Shown here: piece by piece, positions 38,004 to 47,956 of the stretch | Numbering within the stretch: the first letter of the stretch is position 1 | Layout: each line of letters starts with the position of its first letter | Notes under the pieces: generated by a model | Told to the model about the DNA's origin: nothing | The model's database searches: none | Seen by the model: only the letters and a program-made list of their open reading frames with translations | Made by a program: the position numbers and the translations under genes | Source of the DNA: Octopus bimaculoides | Lineage: Eukaryota | Length of the DNA stretch: 47,956 nucleotides | Assembly (NCBI RefSeq): GCF_001194135.2 | Contig: NC_068986.1 | Coordinates: 1 to 47,956, forward strand | Reading direction: 5' to 3'

Positions 38004-38187
38004 GTAATTCTTTTACGTTGTCACACCACTCAGAATTTATTGACTAAAACCTTATATATCACTTAAGCGGTTATAAATCTGGCAATCTTGGTAAAAATTA
38101 TACTTTACTGCGGAGGTCCAATAAAACTGAAACTTCTACAGTTTTCTCCGCAAACAGGGACAAACAGAAAGACAGACTTACACACAA

Positions 38188-38218
<31 letters not shown>

Positions 38219-38221
38219 CAA

Positions 38222-38302
<81 letters not shown>

Positions 38303-38303
<1 letters not shown>

Positions 38304-38463
38304 ATACGACGGGCTTCTTTCGGTTTCCGTCAATCAAGCCCTCTTACAAGGCTTTGGTTGACCTGTGGATATAGTAGAAGACACTTGCCTAAAGTGACAA
38401 GCAGTGGGACAGAACTCGAAACCATGTGGTTGAGAAGCAAACTTCTTGCCACACAGCTATGCC
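38303..38463 (-). mobile_element. SINE family A 5' half (tRNA-like head)
   Basis: It is the reverse complement of the head seen on + at 47742-47905 (GCTTCTTTCGGTTTCCGTC...AGTAGAAGACACTTGCC...GTGGGACAGAAC). Confidence 0.75.
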
Positions 38464-38546
38464 TACACACACGCACACACACACGCACACACACACGCAC
38501 ACACACACGCACACACATACAGCACTCACACATTTAATATAATGAA

Positions 38547-38777
38547 GGCTGCGAGCTGGCAGACATGTTAGCAAGTCGGGCGAAATGCTCAGCGGTATTT
38601 CGTCTGCTGCTACGTTCTGAGTTCAAATTCCGCCGAGGTCGACTTAGCCTTTCATCCTTTCGAGGTCGATTAAATAAGTACCATTTACGCACTGGGGTCG
38701 ATGTAATCGACTTAATCCCTTTGTCTGTCCTTGTTTGTCCCCTCTATGTTTAGCCCCTTATGGGTAATAAAGAAATA
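38547..38777 (+). mobile_element. SINE family B, full length, tail type 1 (...CCCTTTGTCTGTCCTTGTTTG...AATAAAGAAATA)
   Basis: It has the head GGCTGCGAGCTGGCAG, the B box GAGTTCAAATTCC and the core GCCTTTCATCCTTTCGAGGTCGATTAAATAAGTACC. Confidence 0.85.
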
Positions 38778-38778
38778 A

Positions 38779-38976
38779 GAAACATTAGCATGCTGGGCGA
38801 AATGCTTCGCGGTATTTCGTCTGTCTTTACGTTCTGAGTTCAAATTCCGCTGAGGTCGACTTTGCCTTTCATACTTTCGGGATCGATAAATTAAGTACCA
38901 GTTGCGTACTGGGTCGATTTAATCAACTGGCCCCTCCCCCAAAATTGCGGGCCTTGTGCCTAGACTAGAAAAGAAT
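38779..38976 (+). mobile_element. SINE family B, lacking about the first 18 nt, tail type 2 (...GGGCCTTGTGCCTAGACTAGAAAAGAAT)
   Basis: It directly abuts the preceding copy and has the same B box and core. Confidence 0.8.
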
Positions 38977-39141
38977 ATAATGTATAATGTCATTCTGCTT
39001 GTCACAATGTTTAAATACTCATTTGACTCTAAACAACCTTCGCCATGGAAGGAAAAAGATGGCATACTCGAAATATTTAACATGATGCGGCAACTTCGAT
39101 TGTTACGTTTTAAACAATGAAGTTTGACAAAGCCTATTTCT

Positions 39142-39142
<1 letters not shown>

Positions 39143-39193
<51 letters not shown>

Positions 39194-39200
39194 AAGAGAG
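39143..39200 (+). repeat. (AG)n microsatellite
   Basis: Seen directly. Confidence 0.93.
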
Positions 39201-39648
39201 AACAAAAAAGAAAGTATTTTATCAAGGTAGTCAAAGTGAATCTGGATGAGAATCGAACTCAGAGCGCAGAGAAGTGGTTCGAATACCGCTTTGCCGGTTC
39301 ACCTCTTTATTTAAGCTCTTGTGCATTAGTAACGTCTATATATATTTGCTCATCTCTTCCAAATGACAAAACATTTAATATATCAAGGGAACAAGAGACA
39401 AGACACTTAACCTATAATGACTTCAATTTTCTGAGTTGAAACTAAATTGAAGTTGACGCTTATTATTTGATAAAGATTCAGAGGGTTTTAGACTTTTTAA
39501 ACTCCCCTAACACCATGTCGAAGGAAGAAGAATTATATGGATGGTAACTCGATTTCTTCTTCTCATTAATAAAAAGTCAAAGAGGAAGCGAAAAATTTTC
39601 ACCAATTTTTTTATTTCATAGGGCGATGTTATTTGTTAACTTGAGAAA

Positions 39649-39654
<6 letters not shown>

Positions 39655-39747
<93 letters not shown>

Positions 39748-39750
39748 CAA
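39655..39750 (+). repeat. (CA)n microsatellite
   Basis: Seen directly. Confidence 0.95.
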
Positions 39751-39905
39751 ATGTGTGTGTATGTATATACATGTATATGTTATACTCCCGTACACACACA
39801 TATATCTTTTCTACTCTAGGTACCAGGCCCGAAATTAAGGCCTCGCACTTAATGACCACAATGTATTACAGGAATATTGTATGTGAGTGTAAATTTAGGT
39901 TTGTA

Positions 39906-41097
39906 CGAGGGAGAGTTAAAAATTATACGCACTTTTGTTTTTTCAATGTATTTACACAAAAGTAGGGGATAAACAACTACGTCATTTTTCTATATAGTCT
40001 CCTTCCTTTTCGATACACTTGGTTCAGCTGTCCATAAGCTTGCGTATTCCCTCCAAAAAAGAAGGTTTTCGGTTGGTCGTGCTCCCATTTATGCACCACT
40101 TCCTTCACATCTTCATTCGTTGGAAATCGACGACCTCACAAATCATCTTTGAGCGGTCTAAAGATATGATAGTCGGAAGGCGCGAGATCTGGGCGGTAGG
40201 CAGAGTGTTCCAGCACCTCAAATTGGTTAATGGTTTTAACGGCCTCGGCAGCCGTGTATGGGTATGTATTGTCATGCAACAACAAAACTTTCTTCGATTG
40301 TAGACTTCGGCGTTTGGTGCAAATTACTGGCTTCAGTTTGTTGGCCAGCAAATCACTGTATCTTGCACTGTTGATCGTACACCACTTTTCTAGGTAGTCT
40401 TCCAGTATAGACTCTTTTGAGTCCCAATAAAGGGTTATCATCACCTTTCCGCAGACGACTGTGTTTTGAATTCCTTCGTCACTGGCGAGCTAGGATGTTT
40501 CCGCTCAATTCTCTGTCTTTTAGATTCTGCTTCGTAATGATGGACCCACGTTTCATCTCCTCTGACTATTGTGCTCAGAAATTCATCGCCCTCATTGTTG
40601 TAGCGATCGAGTAAATGTTGGCAGACTCAAGACATTTGCGCTTGTGCTCTGCAGTAAGCTCTCTTGGCATCCATCTTGCACAGGTTTATGGAAGCCGATC
40701 TTATCGTGGATGATTTGATAGGCAGAACTATGAACTCATCGATGATAATTCGCTGGTTCACCATTACCATCTCTCGAGCTTGCTGAATCTTGTCCGGCCA
40801 CTTTTAAACTTCTCGATCTTCGTACTGTGCTAAAAGCCTCCGATGAATTTCAGTACCTGTCATACCTTTCGACCAAAGAAATCGGATCACTGCTCTTTGT
40901 TCTTCTTTGGTGCACATTGCTACGGGAGCGGCCATGCTTACACTGTAAAACCAGAAAGAAAAATGGCACAATCAGGCTCAAACTTTGACCGCGTGACCAC
41001 AATAGTACCAACTATAAGCACGCACGCGCAGAAGGTAGTATGACAATAATAAAGATATGCTACAGCGAAAGTGTGAATAATTTTTGACTTCCTCTCA
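39906..41097 (-). mobile_element. Mariner (Tc1/mariner) DNA transposon, decayed, about 1.19 kb
   Basis: The imperfect TIRs of about 30 bp are CGAGGGAGAGTTAAAAATTATACGCAC and GTGTGAATAATTTTTGACTTCCTCTCA. TA flanks both ends (39904-39905 and 41098-41099), and a transposase relic lies inside. Confidence 0.9.
39982..40935 (-). pseudogene. Mariner transposase pseudogene (frameshifts, stops, internal deletion)
   Basis: Motifs occur in order: MAAPVAMCTKEEQRAVIRFLW, ARWMPREL (WVPxxL), GDETWVHHY, LLLHDN, HSAYRPDLAPSDY (YSPDLAPSD) and KCIEKEGDYIEK*. Confidence 0.92.
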
Positions 41098-42072
41098 TAT
41101 GTACGAGTAAAAGAGAAAATAAGCAAATACCTAAGAAAGAATGAAGCTTGGTGATAATATGGACTCTATATCATGTACAATCTATAGCTGTATATTTTTA
41201 GTGTACCATTACCTCGACTATCAGACTACTGTTATCGTTAGATCTTTAGCTTATTTCTGGACATCTATATGCTTATATCCTTTTAGCTATTTTCTTCTAC
41301 AGTTAGCTTCTATATTTTAGTTGAAAGCATAAAATAACACGAAGCAGTCAACAATGAATATCCTAAAAGCAAAACTATTGATTGTTTTAAATAGCTATCT
41401 TTTAAATACGATGTACAATTGCTTACGTTTAAAGTGTTTTAACGACTAACACCTTTGATCTGAACTTGTTTTAGAATTTTAATTTTAAATAGTGTAAACA
41501 GTAATAATTCTTTAGTGCTAACACCATTGGGAATAATTTTGCTTTAGTTATTTATTTATGTATGTATTACGAGTATGATATTCATCAAGTCTTACAGTAT
41601 TTTATAACATACTCAATAAAAATAGCTCAATATCATCTGAGAGCATAAAAGTAAAATCGCCAAATTGAACATATCGCCAAAAATAATTATTAATTTATTC
41701 AATAATAATGAAAATCCGAGTTGGCAACCATAAAATTGTAATAATGCATATGGAAATATGGAAATGGGTTTTTAACGGACCTTTCCGTATTTTTGACACA
41801 GTTTTCTAAGTTAAAAGATTAGTTGATAATTTTACATCGTTGCCATGGTGATATTTAGTTATTGTATTGCGTCCATACTGGGGCATTGCCTTCAAGATTT
41901 TTTTAGCCAATTATGTCAAAGCTAAATCCTCTATAATTTCCTTTTTATTTCTATTTAAGGAAAGTCCACAAGCGTCACGTCTCCTTAGAGTGTTATTTAC
42001 TATTTAAAGACTTAAGAACAACAAAATTTTGCAACCAGTTTTCACCTGTATCCATAACATATGCAATCTCAG

Positions 42073-42133
<61 letters not shown>

Positions 42134-42136
42134 GTC

Positions 42137-42528
42137 TTTTATCTTATTATTTTTCAATGATTTGGCTGCAGTCTTGCTGGAGCACCGCCTTCAAAGGTCT
42201 TGTCAAACAAATCGAGCCCGATGCTTATTTCTTAAAGCTTGAGTCTTATTCTATCGGTATTTTTGCAGAGTCATTACGTTATTGGGACGTAAACAAACCA
42301 ACATCGATTGTCAAGTGGTGGTAGGCGATAAACACACACACGCACAGGTACACACAGAGACACACACACACAAACACAAACACACATACACAACGGCCTT
42401 CTTTCAGTTTCCGCCTACCAAATCCACTCACAAGGCTTTGGTCCGTTCGGGACACTTTCACAATGTGTAACACAGTGGGATCGAATCTGGAATTATGTAG
42501 TTGGGAAGCGAACTTCTTACACACTGCA
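42137..42528 (-). mobile_element. SINE family A, full length (head, CA linker, tail)
   Basis: The tail TGCTGGAGCACCGCCTT...AAATCGA...GGGACGTAAACAAACCAACATCG, the (CA) linker and the head CTTCTTTCAGTTTCCGCCTACCAAATCCACTCACAAGGC...GTGGGATCGAATC are all present. Confidence 0.8.
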
Positions 42529-42593
42529 ATGATTTCTTTTGGAACGGTAAATTTCAAAGCAGATAAAGCTATAAATCAGAACGAATAAGTATT

Positions 42594-42828
42594 TATTTCT
42601 TTATTGTTCACAAGGGGCTAAACATAGAGAAGACAAGCAAGGACAGACAAACAAGGAATTAAGTTGATTACATCGACCCCAGTGCGTAACTGGTACTCAT
42701 TTAATCGACCCCGAAAGGATCAAAGGCAAAGTCAACCTCGGCAGAATTTGAACTCAGAACGTCAAGACAGACGAAATACCGCTAGGCATTTCGCCCAATA
42801 TGCAAACGTTTCTGCCAGCTCGCCACCT
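42594..42828 (-). mobile_element. SINE family B, full length, tail type 1
   Basis: It is the reverse complement of the 38547-38777 copy along its whole length. Confidence 0.85.
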
Positions 42829-43794
42829 TACAACGAATAAATATTGGGTTAAAAAACATTTTGGACAGAAAACGTCGACGGCTGCCCGTCAGCGCATACA
42901 CTCATATAAAAACACACACATAATAAATACATGCATGCATGCATACATACATACATACATACACATATACATCTATACATATGCATATAAATATACATAT
43001 ATATATATGTGGGTATATANNNNNNNNNNNNNNNNNNNNNNNNNNNNNNNNNNNNNNNNNNNNNNNNNNNNNNNNNNNNNNNNNNNNNNNNNNNNNNNNN
43101 NNNNNNNNNNNNNNNNNNNNNNNNNNNNNNNNNNNNNNNNNNNNNNNNNNNNNNNNNNNNNNNNNNNNNNNNNNNNNNNNNNNNNNNNNNNNNNNNNNNN
43201 NNNNNNNNNNNNNNNNNNNNNNNNNNNNNNNNNNNNNNNNNNNNNNNNNNNNNNNNNNNNNNNNNNNNNNNNNNNNNNNNNNNNNNNNNNNNNNNNNNNN
43301 NNNNNNNNNNNNNNNNNNNNNNNNNNNNNNNNNNNNNNNNNNNNNNNNNNNNNNNNNNNNNNNNNNNNNNNNNNNNNNNNNNNNNNNNNNNNNNNNNNNN
43401 NNNNNNNNNNNNNNNNNNNNNNNNNNNNNNNNNNNNNNNNNNNNNNNNNNNNNNNNNNNNNNNNNNNNNNNNNNNNNNNNNNNNNNNNNNNNNNNNNNNN
43501 NNNNNNNNNNNNNNNNNNNNNNNNNNNNNNNNNNNNNNNNNNNNNNNNNNNNNNNNNNNNNNNNNNNNNNNNNNNNNNNNNNNNNNNNNNNNNNNNNNNN
43601 NNNNNNNNNNNNNNNNNNNNNNNNNNNNNNNNNNNNNNNNNNNNNNNNNNNNNNNNNNNNNNNNNNNNNNNNNNNNNNNNNNNNNNNNNNNNNNNNNNNN
43701 NNNNNNNNNNNNNNNNNNNNNNNNNNNNNNNNNNNNNNNNNNNNNNNNNNNNNNNNNNNNNNNNNNNNNNNNNNNNNNNNNNNNNNNNNNNNNN

Positions 43795-43823
<29 letters not shown>

Positions 43824-43826
<3 letters not shown>

Positions 43827-44790
43827 TAACATAAATAATATATAATTATATGCATATATCCATACATATATGTACATACCTACATCTATATGTATACATA
43901 CATGCATATGTGGGTATAGGACGTTAAACACAATGAGAAACGAAAACATAAAGACGAAGACAGAAAAAGAACTTTTTTTCGAACGACGAAAAACACAAAC
44001 AGAGAAACGAGACATGCAACACAAAGAATATTACCCTTCTTCAGTTGTCCCTCCGCGTTTCGAAGGCAAGGACAATACGCGACTTCGTTGGAACAGTCCT
44101 ACCCGCAAATTAATTAAATTTGGAATTTTTTGCAGAGGGTGAAAGTGTAGACAAGAACAGGACAGTGAGAACAAGATAGTAAAAGACAGTAAAAACAAGA
44201 CAGAACAGTGTAAACAAATGGTAAGGGCTGTTAGGCCAAGATGATAGAAAAATTATTATTTTGAACGCGAAGTTAGATGTGAATGAGAGACATAAAAATT
44301 CACGTCTTCTCTGTAGGAAGGCAGGAAGTAGAAATAAATTTTTTTACGTCACGTGTCAGCGACGAGAGGGCAAGGAGTCGGAGTGAGAGAGAGGGAACGG
44401 TGAAAGGACGAGAAGAATAGGGGAGGGTTGAGAGAGAAAAACAGAAAGGATGAAGAACAAGAGGGGGTGAGAGATAGACAGGGAAGTGATAGTAATAGTA
44501 GTAGAGTACGCAGTAGAAATATTAAGATAAAACTTACTTGGAGACTGTGCGTGGCATTCGATCATATAATAACATAAATAATATATAATTATATGCATAT
44601 ATCCATACATATATGTACATACCTACATCTATATGTATACATACATGCATATGTGGGTACAGGACATCACAAAAAACGTTAAACACAATGAGAAACAAAA
44701 GCATAAAGACGAAGACGGAAAACGAACTTTTTTTCGAACAACGAAAAGAAACAAACAGAGAAACGAGACATGCAACATAAAGAATATATA
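43824..44790. repeat. Unit flanked by about 200-bp direct repeats (43824-44030 and 44568-44787)
   Basis: ATAATTATATGCATATATCCATACATATATGTACATACCTACATCTATATG...GAGAAACGAGACATGCAAC is present twice, with a 15-nt indel and scattered substitutions. Confidence 0.8.
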
Positions 44791-44974
44791 TATATATGCA
44801 CATTCATAATAAGTACATACACACATATGTAGGAGAAATACAGCAGATTCGTGGTCGGGGATTGAAACACCGGCCACCACATTCATTTTTAATGTTCTTG
44901 GATTGCACTCTTAAAATTCTTTTGCTTAACCTGTCATATTCTCTGTCATCTTTGCTGATGTGATAAGAATTCAT

Positions 44975-45163
44975 GAGGTACACGCACAATAGCGAGAAAG
45001 CAGAGAATGGCGTATCTATTCAATTTAGATACGTTCTGACAGATTCGAACATGAATATCTCATTGCTATTGCATTTTCATCATCTGAGAGCACCTCCCAT
45101 TCAATTCTGATTTGGGTGACCTCTTTCGGCTTTAACACACGTTACACACACACACACATACAG

Positions 45164-45198
<35 letters not shown>

Positions 45199-45451
45199 CA
45201 CACATGCACACACACACACACGTGTATGCGTATTAGAAAACTGATAACATTAAAATCCTTTTTTATCTGACGAAAAAATACATGTCTAAGAACAGCATGC
45301 ACCAAATAGTCACACATTGTCTAAAGGGGGGAGGTGTTCTCAGATGATAAAAAAGCAATTGCGATGCGATATTCACGTTCAAATCTGCAAAACGTATTTA
45401 AAATGAATAGATGCGTTATTACTTGGATATTTGCTAGTGTGGGTACACCCC
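44975..45451. mobile_element. Long-TIR MITE-like element (arms of about 130 bp) with an internal (CA)n
   Basis: GCGTATCTATTCAATTTAGATACGTTCTGACAGATTCGAACATGAATATCTCATTGC...CATCTGAGAGCACCTCCC (about 45015-45108) is a clear but imperfect reverse complement of GGGAGGTGTTCTCAGATG...ATGAATAGATGCG (about 45329-45415). Confidence 0.75.
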
Positions 45452-45548
45452 ACGAATCATTATCACATCAGCAAATAATTCGTTTGCTGACTCTCTATAC
45501 ACTAGAGCTCATGCTCTTGTTAAAGATTCATCGGGTTTGATGGAGATA

Positions 45549-45601
45549 GCTTTCACTGATGAGATGCATAACGAGGTCAAAACACTACAGTGTCTCAAAG
45601 T
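45549..45601 (+). ncRNA. Type I hammerhead ribozyme-like motif with a G12-to-A core change
   Basis: CTGATGA lies at 45556-45562. Stem II is GAT/GTC, followed by AAAA where GAAA is expected. Stem III is ACAC/GTGT with a TACA loop, the cleavage triplet is GTC (C at 45594), and stem I GCTTTCA/TCAAAGT pairs at 6 of 7 positions. Confidence 0.5.
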
Positions 45602-46539
45602 CTTCTTACACTGATAAATCGCATGTTATGGGACGAAGTGTCCTCCGATGAGTAAACAACAGATATACGCATCCGGATCTGCCAAAGCGATGAAGTGTTC
45701 TCTGATGCGCGAAAACAGCAAATATTTGGGTGATCTACCAGAGCGTATTCAGAAGGAATCATAAATTGATAAAAAGATACATTTGTCAAATTTTTAAAAC
45801 AAGACGTTCATATTCACACTTTGACTCTTTGCTATACAGATACTCATAATACATACATACACACATTACATACATACATGCATACGTACATACGTACATA
45901 CGTGCATACGTACATACATACATACGTGCATGCATTCATGCATAACCACGCATCTTAAACTTAGAAAAAAATAGGTACTAATCCACGCAAGCAGGAGTAT
46001 AAAGAAAATAGACGCAGCTGAAAATGCACAGAAAGTGTGTCAGGAGATTTATTTGTATTAATATAAATACATTTAACCGGTTTCATATTTGTTTGCTTTT
46101 CAAAAGTGCAAGATTTGAGAGATGTGGAACTGTCACAAACTGTATCGTTTCTGCTCCGCACAACTGTCACATATATACAATTGCGCATGCAAGCGCACAC
46201 GCAAAATATACATGTTTGTGTGTGTACGTGTGTGCACGCGCGAACATATACCAAAGAGTAAAAGTGCGAATATGTAAGAAAAAAGGAATACTTCAACAGG
46301 TTTACAAATTTATCTTTTTATCAATTCCTAATTTTTTATTTATTCTTGTGACATAGTTTTTCAGCAGATTCAATAACGCTGTTTTAATGTTCTTATGAAC
46401 ACACGTATATATTTGTACAGACATATAAATACATTATAAATACATACGTACATATAAACATGTACATACATATATACATGCATATATATGTGTGTATTTG
46501 AACGCAGCGTCTCACAAAAATTGTAAGTTTTCGTAAACT

Positions 46540-46770
46540 CATCCTCCGACGCTACTCTATCTCTTTCTCTTTCCTTTCTCCCCCCCCCCCCGTTCATCCT
46601 CTGTACTACTACGTATCTCGCCTTACCCCTCTTGTTCTTCCTCTGTTACTACTACGTATCTCCTTTTCCCCCTCGTATTTCCTCTCTTTCTCTTTTCCTC
46701 TCGTTGCTCACCTATTCTTCTACTTCCTCCCTCTCTTTCTCCCTCTACCACTCTCTCTCTTCCCTTTACA
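46540..46770 (+). repeat. Polypyrimidine low-complexity tract with an internal CTCTGT(T)ACTACTACGTATCTC duplication
   Basis: Seen directly. It loosely resembles the reverse complement of the purine tract at 44360-44520. Confidence 0.7.
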
Positions 46771-47371
46771 CCGGCATGGTCACATGCTTCCGGTCAATAA
46801 TCCTTTCCTTCCTTGGCTTTCGCCAAGCAACGCACGCCACCACTTTGTCTCTCTCGGTTCCGTGCCTCATCGCGTTCATACACACATAATTTTTCTCGTC
46901 TGGCCGTAAAGCNNNNNNNNNNNNNNNNNNNNNNNNNNNNNNNNNNNNNNNNNNNNNNNNNNNNNNNNNNNNNNNNNNNNNNNNNNNNNNNNNNNNNNNN
47001 NNNNNNNNNNNNNNNNNNNNNNNNNNNNNNNNNNNNNNNNNNNNNNNNNNNNNNNNNNNNNNNNNNNNNNNNNNNNNNNNNNNNNNNNNNNNNNNNNNNN
47101 NNNNNNNNNNNNNNNNNNNNNNNNNNNNNNNNNNNNNNNNNNNNNNNNNNNNNNNNNNNNNNNNNNNNNNNNNNNNNNNNNNNNNNNNNNNNNNNNNNNN
47201 NNNNNNNNNNNNNNNNNNNNNNNNNNNNNNNNNNNNNNNNNNNNNNNNNNNNNNNNNNNNNNNNNNNNNNNNNNNNNNNNNNNNNNNNNNNNNNNNNNNN
47301 NNNNNNNNNNNNNNNNNNNNNNNNNNNNNNNNNNNNNNNNNNNNNNNNNNNNNNNNNNNNNNNNNNNNNNN

Positions 47372-47419
<48 letters not shown>

Positions 47420-47741
47420 TATATATATAAATACATATACACACATATATATCCATACATACATGCATACATACATACATACATACATACATTCATACAT
47501 AAATACATACATACATACATACACACATACAAACATACATACACACACAGACAAAATTCAGTTGCCGCGCAGCCATATAAGTAATAAAGTAGAGAACATA
47601 TTCCCTTATAAGCAGTAAAACTAAGTACGACATTTATTAGCTATAAAGTGTAGCTTCATAGTTAATAAACAAATATATCTGCTTATATTTTACTATTTAT
47701 GTCGCTTTACAGCTAATATATACATACATACACACACATAT

Positions 47742-47920
47742 AGGCCCAGGCCTGGTTGTGGTAAGAAGCTTGCTTTCCAGTCACATCGTTCTGGGTTCAG
47801 TCCTACTGCGTGGCACCTTGGGCAAGTGTCTTCTACTGTAGCCTCGGACGACCAAAGTCCTGTGAGTGGATTTGGTAGACGGAAACTGAAAGAAGCCCAT
47901 CGTATATGTGTGTGCATGTG

Positions 47921-47956
<36 letters not shown>
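47742..47956 (+). mobile_element. SINE family A head plus (TG)n linker, running off the right edge
   Basis: GTGGTAAGAAGCTTGC (A-box-like), GGGTTCAGTCC (B box), GGCACCTTGGGCAAGTGTCTTCTAC...GGAAACTGAAAGAAGCCC, then (TG)n. Confidence 0.85.

Noticed and set aside
42800-47554. Long ORFs spanning N-gaps (e.g. 42849-44024, 46766-47554)
   Set aside because: Their length comes from X runs and TA/CA microsatellites.

Overview
This is an AT-rich, repeat-dominated window from an animal draft assembly with 11 N-gaps. The tRNA-derived SINE types and dense (CA)n/(TA)n/(TACA)n microsatellites suggest a cephalopod, most likely Octopus; this is inferred, not verified. No intact host gene is recognisable, and nearly all supplied ORFs are artefacts of tandem repeats or gaps. 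Positions 1-17778 form one organised tandem-repeat complex that reverses direction twice: 33-bp satellite (+), CpG-dense TTCG/TACG array (+), the same array (-), 33-bp satellite grading into a 34-bp variant (-), 34-bp satellite (+), then (CCCTAA)3.7. This last repeat abuts a SINE that lacks its 5' half. Both inversion pivots lie on self-complementary motifs, and all satellite junctions fall next to the TGGCCA palindrome of the unit. Positions 17.8-48 kb hold about a dozen SINE copies, a decayed mariner with TIRs, and RT relics of Ty3/gypsy, R4/Dong-like and CR1-like elements. They also hold a hAT MITE with an exact 8-bp TSD, two long-TIR fold-back elements, a candidate non-autonomous Helitron, a direct-repeat-flanked unit, a near-canonical type I hammerhead ribozyme motif and two weak candidate exons.
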